The notes under the pieces: generated by a model
The model's database searches: none
What the model saw: only the letters and a program-made list of their open reading frames with translations
Told to the model about the DNA's origin: nothing
Shown: positions 1-10,199 of the stretch, piece after piece
Layout: every line of letters begins with the position of its first letter
Position numbering within the stretch: position 1 is the first letter of the stretch
Origin: an uncultured bacterium
Lineage (GTDB): Bacteria; Cyanobacteriota; Cyanobacteriia; Leptolyngbyales; Leptolyngbyaceae
Direction: 5' to 3'
Assembly (NCBI GenBank): GCA_964475335.1
Contig: CAYYWG010000014.1
Location: forward strand, 60,906 to 124,905
Length of the DNA stretch: 64,000 nt
Translations under genes and position numbers: made by a program

Positions 1-283
1 GTTGCCGTAGCTCTGGTGGTTCCAGGGGACTAACAGTATCAAAGGTGCTGAAGGCTTCGCTGGTGAGCAAATGGGCCAGCCCTCGTTTGAGGCGATAGTC
101 GGTTTCGGCCCCTTCTAGCTCTTGGAGTTGTTGGTTGAGGTGCCACCGGGGTTGGTCAATGGCGGTTTGAAAAATCTGAATGAGTTCGTTCGCGATCGCG
201 AGATTGGCCGTGCTTAGATCTAAGCGTTTGGGAATTACGGTTTCCCCGTTAAACCGCTGAACTAGCAGATCGCTCGGCAGCAT
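1..283 (-). CDS. N-terminal part of a DUF790 (Bax1-like nuclease) family protein; the gene runs off the left edge
   Basis: Manual minus-strand translation from the ATG at 283-281 reads MLPSDLLVQRFNGETVIPKRLDLSTANLAIANELIQIF...ETDYRLKRGLAHLLTSEAF and stays open to position 1. It resembles DUF790 N-termini as I remember them; no search was run. Confidence 0.4.
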   Translation of the reverse strand, partial: MLPSDLLVQRFNGETVIPKRLDLSTANLAIANELIQIFQTAIDQPRWHLNQQLQELEGAETDYRLKRGLAHLLTSEAFSTFDTVSPLEPPELRQ

Positions 284-344
284 GGTGCTTGAGTCCTATG
301 GCGCATCTCCCTGTGGGTGACCATTACGGCCCCAGGAATAAGAG

Positions 345-842
345 TCACTGGGCGAGTTGATTGGCTTTTTTGGCTAACTCTAGATCTTTGGTGGTGATGC
401 CACCAGCATCGTGAGTTGTGAGGTCGATCGCCACTCGATTGTAGACATTGAACCACTCTGGATGATGGCCCATTGACTCTGCCACCAAAGCCAGACTGGT
501 CATGAACCCAAAGGCTTCGACAAACGACTTAAATTTGAAGTCGCGATGGAGTTTGCCATCTTTAAGGCTCCACCCGGCAAGGTCTGCCAGGGCTTGCTCT
601 AATTCACTTGCGGATAATACGGACATACTCATAGCACTATCCTGTGAAACAACTTGGGCCTGTGAAACAACTTGGGCCTGTGAAACAACTTGGGCCTGTG
701 AAACAACTTGGGGATGGGACGGTAACTGATGGGAGTGCAATTCGCTGGAACTGATCCTTGGGGCGATCGCGAGGCAACCCCACCCTAAAACGAAGAGGCT
801 TCCTAGCCGCACTAACCAAACACGCCAACGAGTGAGCTTCAT
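345..842 (-). CDS. Pterin-4-alpha-carbinolamine dehydratase (DCoH/PhhB family). The long ORF adds a signal-like N-terminus and an (SQAQVV)n linker. An alternative short form is 345..632.
   Basis: The C-terminal 95 aa carry the PCD signature ...[25 protein letters not shown].... The internal ATG at 632-630 is preceded by AGGA 7 nt upstream. The ATG at 842 gives [27 protein letters not shown] (charged, then hydrophobic). Confidence 0.85.
   Translation of the reverse strand: MKLTRWRVWLVRLGSLFVLGWGCLAIAPRISSSELHSHQLPSHPQVVSQAQVVSQAQVVSQAQVVSQDSAMSMSVLSASELEQALADLAGWSLKDGKLHRDFKFKSFVEAFGFMTSLALVAESMGHHPEWFNVYNRVAIDLTTHDAGGITTKDLELAKKANQLAQ
641..712. repeat. Perfect tandem repeat, 4 x 18 bp (cctgtgaaacaacttggg)
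   Basis: Read directly from the sequence. The units are 641-658, 659-676, 677-694 and 695-712. On the minus strand it is in frame and encodes QVVSQA repeats. Confidence 0.97.
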
Positions 843-971
843 GCTGATAGACCACTCCAGTTTAGAAAGACCGTGGATTTACCTCAAGGATTCAGCCGCT
901 GCCAACAGCCCGCGATCGCTGCGTTCCATCCCATCCAGCTCAACTGTTCCAGCGAGAACCTGCTGCCCGAT

Positions 972-1331
972 TCAGCTTGCTGCCGTAACATTTTCAATCG
1001 CAACTTCTACGGAAGCCTGTAAGGCCAGGAATTTTTCCAACCGTACCAGTTTCACAGTTTGGGTAACACGCGGGTTGGTTACGATTTGCATCGTGCCTTC
1101 AGCCGTTTGCACTTTCTTGGCCAATTGCACCAATGCGCCTAACCCAGAGCTATCTACAAAATCAATTTTGGATAGATCAAGAATGAGATTTTTCGGGCCT
1201 TCATCAACGCATTGCCCCATCACAGCACGAAATTTCGGCTCTGAGAATGCGTCCAACAGACCCGTGAGACGGAAGAGTTGATAGTTATCCTTGATTTCCC
1301 GTGTGCCTCTCAAGCTGACGGTCAAGGTCAA
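972..1331 (-). CDS. STAS-domain anti-sigma-factor antagonist (SpoIIAA/RsbV-like)
   Basis: 119 aa. Contains LILDLSKIDFVDSSGLGALV, with the phosphorylatable Ser in a DSSG context typical of anti-anti-sigma factors. Confidence 0.8.
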   Translation of the reverse strand: MTLTVSLRGTREIKDNYQLFRLTGLLDAFSEPKFRAVMGQCVDEGPKNLILDLSKIDFVDSSGLGALVQLAKKVQTAEGTMQIVTNPRVTQTVKLVRLEKFLALQASVEVAIENVTAAS

Positions 1332-1484
1332 TGACTCAGCGATAGATCCCTCCTATCGGTATCATGCAAAGTTCGACGCTTCAGTATACACCCTCAATGC
1401 AGCGTTGACTACTACAACCGAGAGCTGAAGTCTGACTATCCTAACATCTGTGATTTCCCTGGAGGATAACGAAAGGTTGCAGAG

Positions 1485-2645
1485 TTAGGCGGTGACTTTG
1501 TGCTCCCGCATGAGGCGTACGAACTGCTCAAACAGGTAGTCTGCATCGTGGGGGCCGGGGCTGGCTTCTGGGTGGTATTGCACAGAGAAGAGGGGCAAAG
1601 ATTTATGCCGTAACCCAGCAATGGTGCGATCGTTCAAATTAAGGTGGGTCACTTCCACGTTGGCCTCCGGCAGAGTATCAGCGCCGATCGCGAAACCGTG
1701 GTTCTGGCTGGTAATTTCGACCTGTTGACTGAGGCCACACGGTTGATTCAGCCCCCGGTGCCCAAACTTCAACTTAAACGTATCAGCCCCCAAAGACAAA
1801 CCCAAGATCTGATGCCCCATGCAAATGCCAAACATTGGCTTTTGGCTTTCTAACAAGGCCTTGGTTGTGGCAATGCCTTCTACATTGGCGGCTGGGTCCC
1901 CTGGCCCATTCGATAGAAAAATACCATCAGGGTTGTATTTCAAAATCTCTTCGGGCGGCATGGTAGAAGGCACCACAATCACACGGCACCCATAGCTGGC
2001 CAAGCGGCGCAGAATATTCCGTTTTACGCCAAAGTCCACAGCCACAACCGTCAACGGTTCGCCATCGTGCTGCCCAGTTGGCCCAAACTCCCACTCAGGC
2101 GGGGTGGTTTCTGCCCATTCATACACCGTGGAAGTGGTTACTTCTCGCACTAAGTTGAGTCCAGCCATGCTGGGGGCCGCTTTCACTTTTTGCAATAGCT
2201 CGTTGGGGTTGAGAATTTCGGTGGAAATGCCGCCATTCATTGCGCCAACGGAGCGGAGTTTCCGGGTCAGGGCGCGAGTGTCGATCCCATAAATGCCAAC
2301 CACGTTATGTTGCTTGAGGTAATCCGGGAGGGATTGGGTCGATCGCCAATTGCTGGGTTTCTCACAGATGTTGCGGGCGATCGCTCCCCGCACTTGAGGC
2401 CGCATGGACTCTTCATCCTCCGGATTCACTCCGGTATTTCCCAATTCTGGATAGGTAAAGGTCACAATCTGGCCGCAATAGCTAGGATCGGTCAAAACTT
2501 CCTGATAGCCCGTCATCCCCGTGTTGAAGACCACTTCACCAATTTGGGTACCAGATGCGCCAAAGGCCCACCCTTGATAGACAGAGCCGTCTGCCAAAAC
2601 TAATAATGCAGGCTGTGCCGACGCGAGTGCCATACGAACCTTCAA
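1485..2645 (-). CDS. carA: Carbamoyl-phosphate synthase small (glutaminase) subunit
   Basis: 386 aa. The N-terminal CPSase small-chain domain reads [16 protein letters not shown]...[14 protein letters not shown]. The GATase triad context is FGICMGHQ and [11 protein letters not shown]. Confidence 0.95.
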   Translation of the reverse strand: MKVRMALASAQPALLVLADGSVYQGWAFGASGTQIGEVVFNTGMTGYQEVLTDPSYCGQIVTFTYPELGNTGVNPEDEESMRPQVRGAIARNICEKPSNWRSTQSLPDYLKQHNVVGIYGIDTRALTRKLRSVGAMNGGISTEILNPNELLQKVKAAPSMAGLNLVREVTTSTVYEWAETTPPEWEFGPTGQHDGEPLTVVAVDFGVKRNILRRLASYGCRVIVVPSTMPPEEILKYNPDGIFLSNGPGDPAANVEGIATTKALLESQKPMFGICMGHQILGLSLGADTFKLKFGHRGLNQPCGLSQQVEITSQNHGFAIGADTLPEANVEVTHLNLNDRTIAGLRHKSLPLFSVQYHPEASPGPHDADYLFEQFVRLMREHKVTA

Positions 2646-2957
2646 ATAATTTCAGTCGCCTTATTATGTCATGGGAATTCTAGTGCAACATGAAACGTGA
2701 CAGCAATCTCAGGAAAAACTGACATTGCTGGGATTCCCAACCAGTGCCACTTCCCACACCCAGGAGGCGATCGCCCCTCCCTGAAACTGAGTCGATTTTC
2801 TGCCAGTTTGCCTCACCTTTCATCTTCCAAATAAATTCCAATTCTCAGCTATTCACATATTGCTCCCAGCGCCAAGCTCGCTAACCTCAGTGCCTCAAGA
2901 CATTTCCTCCAACGGTTTTCATCAAACAGGATGGGGGCGATCGCCTCAGCACGAAAT

Positions 2958-2986
2958 CGCCCCAGAATGCTATTTGCTCTGGGGCG
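2958..2986 (-). terminator. Candidate intrinsic terminator downstream of the sucrose synthase gene
   Basis: 9-bp GC-rich stem cgccccaga/tctggggcg with an 11-nt loop. On the minus strand it is followed by ATTTCGT. It lies about 120 nt after the stop at 3106. The U-tract is weak. Confidence 0.4.
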
Positions 2987-3105
2987 AGAATGAAAAGTTA
3001 TTGTGACTAAGACAATGGAATCAGACAAAACAGTTAACTGGCCTATAGGGATACAAGCCAAAACCATGTTCTGAACAATATCTGAACAATGACTGCTCGA
3101 TCAAA

Positions 3106-5565
3106 TTAGCGGCGTAGATGTTCCTCTAGCAATGCCTTAGCTCGTGGTTTATACAACAAATAAAACAACGATTCTAAATACCGCAGCATATCTTCTCGAT
3201 TTTCTTTTGAGGTGTAATTCCAGAAGCCGTAAATCTTAGCCAATGATAACAATCGAGTAGTATGAATCTTCCAGGTATACGTACTGTAAACCCGTTCAAT
3301 TCCTTTTTGTGACACTTCAAACCAGTAGTTAGGATTGTGATCACACTTACTCACAAACTCTAGAATTACAGCGGCCATTTCTTCATGATGGGTAGGATTA
3401 ATGTAGAAACCATTCACGTTGTTTTGAATAATTTCTAGGGGGCCACCAAATCGAGTTGCAAAAGTTGGCAATCCTGTCACCATCGCTTCCAAAATTGTCA
3501 AACCAAAAGCTTCAAACAAAGCGGGTTGAACAAAAATACCTTGGCGATCCGCAATGATGCGATAAACTTCGCCTGAGTCGGCCTTGGGCAATCGCACACC
3601 AAGCCATCTTACTTTGCCATGCAAGTTATATTCATCAATGATCCGATAAAGCTTTTCGATTTCTTCAATTTCTTCATGGTCAGTGGAGTCTTCTGTCCGT
3701 AACTTACCTGCAATCAAAATTAAATTACAGTGGTCTTGGAGTTCTTTACTTTTTCCAAAGCATTCAGCTAATCCAGTCATATTTTTAATCCGGTCAAGCC
3801 GTGCCATTGAGAAAAGCGGTCGCTTATCCGGTTGTTCCAAATACCCAAAAACTTGTCCTGGATCTTCAAGGGTAAATAGTAATGACTCTAAGCGATCGCG
3901 TTCTCCCATCAAGCGATCGTCGCTGCAAGTATAGGGGAAATAAACATGCTCGTTCACCCCCGGTGGAACAACATTAAACTTAGGACTGAATAAGTTAATA
4001 CCACTGACAACATGATATAGATCAGGCATGGTAAATGACTGATACGACTCGTATTGCCCAACACTATCAGGTGTACCAACAATTTCCTGATAAGTGCTAC
4101 TAACGAGGAAGTTCGCGGCATTCATCGCAATCAAATCAGCCGTAAACTGCAACGAGAAATGATATTTATCTTCCAAGTCTTGCCAGTATAAGTTACTGAA
4201 CAAATATTTTGATTTCTCCAGAGCGTGGGCAATATTGCATTGAGTTACACCCATCCGACGAGACAGCAGAAAAGCAACCAAATTACCATCAGAGTAGTTA
4301 CCAACAATTAAGTCAGGCTTCCCCTGCATTTCAGCTAGAATTTCACGTTCTGAGTCGATCGCAAATGGTTCTAGATAAGGCCAAATCTCAAACCGAGAGA
4401 TCCAATTTTGGGTTAGCTTTGGATTAAATTCACGGAATGGAACTCGTAAAATCCACGCATCATCTGTACCATAAATTTTTTCGAGCCGTTGGTTACAAGT
4501 TGTCCCATCGCTATTGGGAATAAGACGAGTTAAAACAATAACCTTGGGATGCACGTCTAATACATCTAAACCAGCCAAGGTAATATCAGCTTGAATTTGT
4601 TTTTCTAAACTTTTGACCTGATCCAAAATATAGACGACTTGCCCCCCGGTATCGGGCCGTCCTAATACGCCTTCTTGGCCGAACCAGCCATGAGAAGAGA
4701 CTAAAACAATCCGAAAAATCATCGGAATTCGGGAAATAAAGGCTTCCAAAACTTGATGATCGGGCGAGTCAATGAGCTGATCTAAAATTTCTAGAGTGTC
4801 TTGGACTCGCTGAGCAGTATTCCCCCAACCAGGCTCAAACCCAAGGTTTTGAAGTTCAAACCGAAAGGACTGAAAGGGGGATTCGGGCGATCGCGCACTG
4901 ACCAAATCAAGTGCTTGTTTGACCCGTGCAGATAAACTTTGTTGAGTTTGAATCCGCTCATTAATCATGAGTTGATAGCCGTTGTAACGGTGTAACCGTA
5001 AGAAATTGAACAGACTATCTTGCCATTGCCGAGGATCTTGAAAAAGTTTGCTAGAAAGATAACGATTGAGAAACGCAACACCTTTTCCAATATTTTTAGG
5101 ATCGCGAATGCTAGGTGAGTAATCATAAAACGGTTCAAAATCAATTTCGAGGACATCACCCTCTTGAGGATTGAACCGCCCCACAAAGCGATCGCGTAAG
5201 TCTAGCAATTCTGCAATGCTCATCGGTTCGAGGGTCAAATCTTCGAGTAACCGATAAGCTTCTTGTGCGGCTATATTAGGCCGAATAATCAGACATAGAC
5301 TTTCATTTTCTACAATAATCTCTTGGATGTAATAAACTAGCTTACTGAGATTTGAGGCCTGCAGAAATGAATCTGATTTTTCGTAGTTGCGACAATATTC
5401 ATGGAATAAACTAAGAATCTCGTTACGGAGTAAGTAACGCTGTTCTTGGGATCGGAGAAGGCCAGCAAACTGACGCAGGCTGTTTTTTTCATCGCTGTGA
5501 AGAACGGCTTGAATGAAGTCAGACATTAGGAATTTCCCCTGCTTAGATTTATGTACAGATCTCAT
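3106..5565 (-). CDS. susA: Sucrose synthase (GT4). The likely true start is Met14 at 5526, giving 806 aa.
   Basis: Sucrose-synthase N-domain plus a GT-B core. Motifs: PDTGGQVVYILDQVKSLE, RVPFREFNPKLTQNWISRFEIWPYLE and QPALFEAFGLTILEAM. Confidence 0.9.
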   Translation of the reverse strand: MRSVHKSKQGKFLMSDFIQAVLHSDEKNSLRQFAGLLRSQEQRYLLRNEILSLFHEYCRNYEKSDSFLQASNLSKLVYYIQEIIVENESLCLIIRPNIAAQEAYRLLEDLTLEPMSIAELLDLRDRFVGRFNPQEGDVLEIDFEPFYDYSPSIRDPKNIGKGVAFLNRYLSSKLFQDPRQWQDSLFNFLRLHRYNGYQLMINERIQTQQSLSARVKQALDLVSARSPESPFQSFRFELQNLGFEPGWGNTAQRVQDTLEILDQLIDSPDHQVLEAFISRIPMIFRIVLVSSHGWFGQEGVLGRPDTGGQVVYILDQVKSLEKQIQADITLAGLDVLDVHPKVIVLTRLIPNSDGTTCNQRLEKIYGTDDAWILRVPFREFNPKLTQNWISRFEIWPYLEPFAIDSEREILAEMQGKPDLIVGNYSDGNLVAFLLSRRMGVTQCNIAHALEKSKYLFSNLYWQDLEDKYHFSLQFTADLIAMNAANFLVSSTYQEIVGTPDSVGQYESYQSFTMPDLYHVVSGINLFSPKFNVVPPGVNEHVYFPYTCSDDRLMGERDRLESLLFTLEDPGQVFGYLEQPDKRPLFSMARLDRIKNMTGLAECFGKSKELQDHCNLILIAGKLRTEDSTDHEEIEEIEKLYRIIDEYNLHGKVRWLGVRLPKADSGEVYRIIADRQGIFVQPALFEAFGLTILEAMVTGLPTFATRFGGPLEIIQNNVNGFYINPTHHEEMAAVILEFVSKCDHNPNYWFEVSQKGIERVYSTYTWKIHTTRLLSLAKIYGFWNYTSKENREDMLRYLESLFYLLYKPRAKALLEEHLRR

Positions 5566-6589
5566 GTTGAGTGTTTAGGGCGAGCAAATCTCGATGATTT
5601 AGTCTGTGCTGTCAAGCGGGAATTTGCCCAAGCAATTGGGGTTGATCTTAAACTTAAACTCCAGTTTGTGCCGTCTGTCTACAGGTTTAATTCATGAATC
5701 TGCAACAGTTAAATTATCCTGATTTCGCTACTCATCAACTGGAGAGAAACCAAGACTCGCCATCATTTTGCTAAGCTAAAGTCTCTATCTGATGCGATCG
5801 CAAGGGGATGAAAATATCATGCGATAGACTGCAAGCTTCAGACAATCGCGGCTAGTTTTGGAGCGAATATCTCAGCAAAATTGGATTTCTTCAAATTTTG
5901 CCCACTGGCGATCGCGATCGATCTCTTATTGGCAACAATAGAGCCTTTCCACGGTTATAGGTGCGACGGTTATTGAAGGACAAACCTTTTGGTATTGCCC
6001 AAAACTTGTACATTTGTGCTTACTGGATGATGGCCTTGAAGTTGTTTAACGAAGCTAATGCACGGAGCCAATGCAAAGAAGCAGGCTCCGAACTGATGCG
6101 AGAGACTTATTGATTTATGGGAGTTCACGCTCAATCCCTCAAGCTACCCAAGTAGACTTTCAACTGGGGAGAAAGACAGCAATGATAGCGCACACCTGAT
6201 ACCCCATAGTCTCAACCAATCCTAATCGCAGAATTGTATTTTTGGGGTGATCGAAACAACCCTAGAAAAGTATTTTAAATAACTTAACTAAATAAGTTGA
6301 CGATCGCTGATTTGATCAAGCTGGAGTTTGGCACTGACGCAAGGAAAAATGCGGACAAACAGGCACCTAAACGATTGCTTGCATTGAATGAGATTAGGAT
6401 TTTTCCCTAAAATTTTGATTGAATTGAGTAGCTTTCAGAGTCTTGTTTTTGGGAAAGCCATAGCGATCGCGGATTTCTACCAATCGTTAGAAGACTATGG
6501 AAAACCCTAAAAAAGGATGCTACAGGAATACTAGAAATCGTCCGGAGTACACAAATTGGGCGATCGCCAAGCGCAGATTTTCTAAACGC

Positions 6590-7663
6590 TTAGAACTGGG
6601 TTGAAAGGCGATAAATTGCGCGGATGTTGGGGCCAAAGATGATGGCGTCTTCAGGGTGGAGCAGACTCGATTGGTGTTTGTGCCCGTTAATTAAAATACC
6701 GTTTGTGCTGGGTTTGCCTTGCAAGTTGCCATCTACAATTTGATAGCCAGGATTGCCGTCGGAATTGGTGACTTTAGTGAGGTAGGCGTGTTGCCGGGAG
6801 ACAAATTGGGAATGTAAGCAGATGTCGCTTTTGGGATCGCGGCCTAACAAGTAGCGATCGCGTTCCAGCAAAATCTCGTGGCGGCCCCAGTCATCTTCAA
6901 CGATCAACAGGGGTTGGCCCTGGGGAATTGATTCTTCAGTCGCAGTAAATTGTTGGGTATAAATAATATCCGAGTCCGCATCACCTTCAATAAAGGTCTC
7001 TTTGCCAAACTCAAAGTCATAAAAAACTGGTTTGGTGTTGGGTTGTTGATGGATAAGACCAGTTTTTTCTGCAGCCAACGTGCGCGAGTGCCACGCAATC
7101 TGATCGTTCGGATCAAGGGCCAAAACTTCGTCATAGCAGGCGATCGCGTCGCTATACCGCCGCAACTCTACCAGCGCATTGCCACGATGGCGTAGGGCTG
7201 AAATATTTTCTGGGTTGAGGCGTAAAGCTGAGTCATAGCACCGCAACGCATCTTCAGGCCGACTGAGGCCATAGAGCAGCGCATTGCCCCGGTTTTGCCA
7301 GATGACATCGTTGAGGCTAGCTTCTTTTAATGCTTGGTCGTAGCAGGCGATCGCTTTTTGGTATTCGCCCAAACCGTAGTGGTAAGCATTGCCTTTATCG
7401 TGCAAAATTTCGCTACGGGCATCCCGGCCCGGCCCCAAGCCCAAAGCCCGTTCATAGCTGGCGATCGCCTCCACATAATCACCCAATGCTTCCAAGGCCA
7501 AACCCCGCTGATAACAAACCTCATAACAATCGGCTTGCAGCGTCAAAGCTTGGTTATACAAGTCAACGGCTTGCGCATAATGTTTGGCTGAGGCCGCAGC
7601 TAGCCCCTGGCGAAACAATGTTAGCGCCTGACCCGTCAACCCTAATTGTCCTGTGTCCAGCAT
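6590..7663 (-). CDS. TPR-repeat protein with a C-terminal FHA domain
   Basis: The N-terminal ~200 aa are repeated A..Y..AL.L.P TPR units. The C-terminus reads YLLGRDPKSDICLHSQFVSRQHAYL...STNGILINGHK, which is FHA-like. Confidence 0.75.
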   Translation of the reverse strand: MLDTGQLGLTGQALTLFRQGLAAASAKHYAQAVDLYNQALTLQADCYEVCYQRGLALEALGDYVEAIASYERALGLGPGRDARSEILHDKGNAYHYGLGEYQKAIACYDQALKEASLNDVIWQNRGNALLYGLSRPEDALRCYDSALRLNPENISALRHRGNALVELRRYSDAIACYDEVLALDPNDQIAWHSRTLAAEKTGLIHQQPNTKPVFYDFEFGKETFIEGDADSDIIYTQQFTATEESIPQGQPLLIVEDDWGRHEILLERDRYLLGRDPKSDICLHSQFVSRQHAYLTKVTNSDGNPGYQIVDGNLQGKPSTNGILINGHKHQSSLLHPEDAIIFGPNIRAIYRLSTQF

Positions 7664-7868
7664 ACGCTTTCACCAAACGACCTGCTACTACTGCCATTAT
7701 CGACGAGTTCACAGGGAGGATGCATCTTTCTCTATTCGTAGATTCTACTGAGAGTCTTCGAACCTGGCGGGAACTCGGTGGGTATCTTCATTGTGCCTTT
7801 AAAAAACTAGGGATTTTTGCCCCAAGCCTCGTAAAGGGTTCATGAAGTTTTTTGTTGTATGACCCAGC

Positions 7869-9191
7869 TCAGGCACGGCCGGTTACAGAAAGTCCTCCCA
7901 CCACGACGGATGGCGTCCAACAAGAGCCATTCCAGTCCGCATCTCCACCGAGTTCAATTAGATTTTTCAACGCTGTGTAGACATTTCCGGAAACCATCGT
8001 GTCTTTGACCCGCCCCAAGATTTGCCCGTGCTTAACCCGATAACCAAGATCCACATTAATCGAGAAGTCGCCTGAAATTCCAGCACCACCGCCCAACATC
8101 TGATCGACGATGAGGCCGTCTTCGAGGGTAGCGATAAGTTGGTCGAGGGATTTGGCGGCTGTGTCACCGTGACCTTCGACGATCAGGTTAAACAGGCCGG
8201 GGGCGGGATAGCTGCCCAGGCCGGGACGAAAGCCATTGCCCGTCGTGCCACTGCCCAGGTCGCGCCCGGTCATGTGGTCGGTGTAGAACAATTTGAGGAC
8301 ACCGCGATCGATAAAGGTGATAGGCCGGGTGGGGGTGCCTTCGTCATCAAAGGGGCAGCTAAAGGGGCCAAGGTTGGGTTCTTGCCGGAGGGTAAGGGTG
8401 TCGGCGATGACGAGTTCGTTGAGGCGATCGCTCCAGGGTGAGGCCCGTTCGATGACTTGTTTGCCATTGAGGGCAGCCTGGACAGTGCCCCACAGCATAT
8501 CAGCAGCTTTGGCCGTAAAGAGGATGGGAATTTTGCCGTTGAGGGAAGTGGTGTTATCCGTGGCCCAATCAAGGCGCATCAAAATTTGCTGCACCAGGGC
8601 TTCTGGATCAAGGCTGCCACGTTGGGTTTGGCCGTCATAGACACTCAAAAAGTCATCGCCCCGAATCCATTCCGTGGACATAGAGCAACTGAGGGTCGTG
8701 TCGGTGTAGCCATAGTCAAGGCCATTGCTGTTGAGCAGGCGAGTGGTTTCGGCATCACACTCCCAGTCTGCCTCACAGAGGACATCAGGGTAGCGATCGC
8801 GAATCAGGGCGATCGCCTGCTTGCCCCATTCCACTAATTGCATGACTGAGACTTCTTGGCCCAAGTCGGGATACACAACGTGCGTGCCGCTGGCCAGTTC
8901 AATCATCTCTGGTTCGTTGAGTTCGCTCAGGGCCAGGGCGCGATCAACCAGGGTTTGCGGTGCAACTGGCCCATAGGCCACGGCCAAGCCTGGACGACCC
9001 TCGCGCCACAGGCGCAAAGCCATGCCTTCTGCGTGGGCGCTTTCCAGTTGCTTCAAACGATTGGCTTCAAAAAAAACGGGCCGCGAGAGCGATCGCGATT
9101 GATAAACTTCCGCAGCCTCTGCTCCCGATTTAAGCGCCAACTCAAGCAACTGCTCGGCCAACGTATCTTGCTGCAATTCTTCCGAACTCAT
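7869..9191 (-). CDS. pmbA: TldD/PmbA-family metalloprotease (PmbA/TldE-type by length)
   Basis: 440 aa. Family-typical C-terminal core: GNGFRPG...GLIVDQMLGGGAGISGDFSINVDLGYRVKHGQILGRVKDTMVSGNVYTALKNL. Confidence 0.8.
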   Translation of the reverse strand: MSSEELQQDTLAEQLLELALKSGAEAAEVYQSRSLSRPVFFEANRLKQLESAHAEGMALRLWREGRPGLAVAYGPVAPQTLVDRALALSELNEPEMIELASGTHVVYPDLGQEVSVMQLVEWGKQAIALIRDRYPDVLCEADWECDAETTRLLNSNGLDYGYTDTTLSCSMSTEWIRGDDFLSVYDGQTQRGSLDPEALVQQILMRLDWATDNTTSLNGKIPILFTAKAADMLWGTVQAALNGKQVIERASPWSDRLNELVIADTLTLRQEPNLGPFSCPFDDEGTPTRPITFIDRGVLKLFYTDHMTGRDLGSGTTGNGFRPGLGSYPAPGLFNLIVEGHGDTAAKSLDQLIATLEDGLIVDQMLGGGAGISGDFSINVDLGYRVKHGQILGRVKDTMVSGNVYTALKNLIELGGDADWNGSCWTPSVVVGGLSVTGRA

Positions 9192-9335
9192 ACTTTCGAG
9201 CCATCAGCATTAGCGGTCATTCAACACCGTCAGCAATGATCAGGAATCTAATTTCAGCAGTGATGAAAGCCTATACTGGTCTGGATTTCGCTGTCTGAAA
9301 TTGGCGCTCTGCATGGCTGTCGGCTACAGATCACT

Positions 9336-10199
9336 TTACGCTATATTGGGCGCTTGCAATAACCAAAATCCAGCAAAGCGATCGGACTCTGGATCCGTCT
9401 GCACTGCGATGAAATGAACCCCATTGGCTTGGTGTTTGGCCTGTTCAAATTGCTGGGCTTCGGCCCACAGTTGGGAGTTAGGCAGTTTGGCCAAAATCCA
9501 GCGATCGCTAACCCCCGTTTCTAGCAATAAGCGGGGCGTGGCCTCAGAATCAAACGCAACATTGGCCAGTTCTAACCCCGACATCCAGGCCGCCAGCGGG
9601 GTCGCCCGTTGAGAAAAAATGATCAACCCAGGAATCAGGGCCGTGGGGGGCAAGGCAGCAAACTCCAAAGGAAAGGCTTCCCCAAAGTCAATATCCCATT
9701 CGGCCATATCCGCAAAGGCAGTAGCCCCCAGAGAAACAAACGCCCACTGTTGCCCCAGCAAGGCATCGGGCAAGGGCTGCGGTGCAGTGGCAGCAAAACT
9801 CACCGAGGGATTAGTACCCGGCTGGAAGCCGGGATGTTGGGGGTAAACGTGCGCTAATCGCTGTTGGAACCAGTGATTGAGGTGATAGGTGCGCCGACTG
9901 AGAACAGAGGGCAAACCCAAATCATCGCAGGCTTTGGTAATCATGTTGGTCATGGCCTGCCGGAAAAAGCGAATTTTGTCTGGGGGGTTGGGGGCCTGGG
10001 CGATCGCCGTTTCAATCGCTTGCTTCAGCCGCACTGAGTTCACTTCGGTATTGGCGCAATACTCAGCAAACTGAAACCCGGCCTCAGGCTGACGCGCGAT
10101 CGTCTGGGGACTATCACAGATTAAAATTTCCCAGATTTTTTTATTGTTCTCATCCACAATTGGGCGAGAGTAGAAATCAAGTTCCCAAATAGTCCCCAT
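9336..10199 (-). CDS. Tab2/ATAB2-family RNA-binding protein (DUF1092)
   Basis: N-terminus WELDFYSRPIVDENNKKIWEILICD is the hallmark of Tab2 homologues. The 287-aa length fits. Confidence 0.75.
   Translation of the reverse strand: MGTIWELDFYSRPIVDENNKKIWEILICDSPQTIARQPEAGFQFAEYCANTEVNSVRLKQAIETAIAQAPNPPDKIRFFRQAMTNMITKACDDLGLPSVLSRRTYHLNHWFQQRLAHVYPQHPGFQPGTNPSVSFAATAPQPLPDALLGQQWAFVSLGATAFADMAEWDIDFGEAFPLEFAALPPTALIPGLIIFSQRATPLAAWMSGLELANVAFDSEATPRLLLETGVSDRWILAKLPNSQLWAEAQQFEQAKHQANGVHFIAVQTDPESDRFAGFWLLQAPNIA

Noticed and set aside
262-855. Tracked ORFs 262..456 (-), 502..729 (+) and 637..855 (-), which overlap the PCD gene and its tandem repeat
   Set aside because: They are alternative-frame or antisense readings of a well-supported gene. 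Their repetitive peptides (ETTWAC..., PSCFTG...) simply reflect the 18-bp repeat.
6008-6023. NtcA-like palindrome GTA-N-TAC upstream of sucrose synthase
   Set aside because: The spacer is 10 nt (GTAcatttgtgctTAC), not the canonical 8 nt. No properly placed -10 box was found.
7330-9239. Long antisense or alternate-frame ORFs inside the FHA-TPR and pmbA genes (for example 7330..7845, 8139..8441, 8457..8837, 8856..9239)
   Set aside because: They are embedded opposite genes with clear domain signatures. Their composition is Arg/Gly/Pro-rich and low in complexity, typical of GC-rich antisense frames. The same reasoning applies to similar ORFs inside GH57, ilvA, hisZ, typA, ahcY, the kinases and the CHAT gene.
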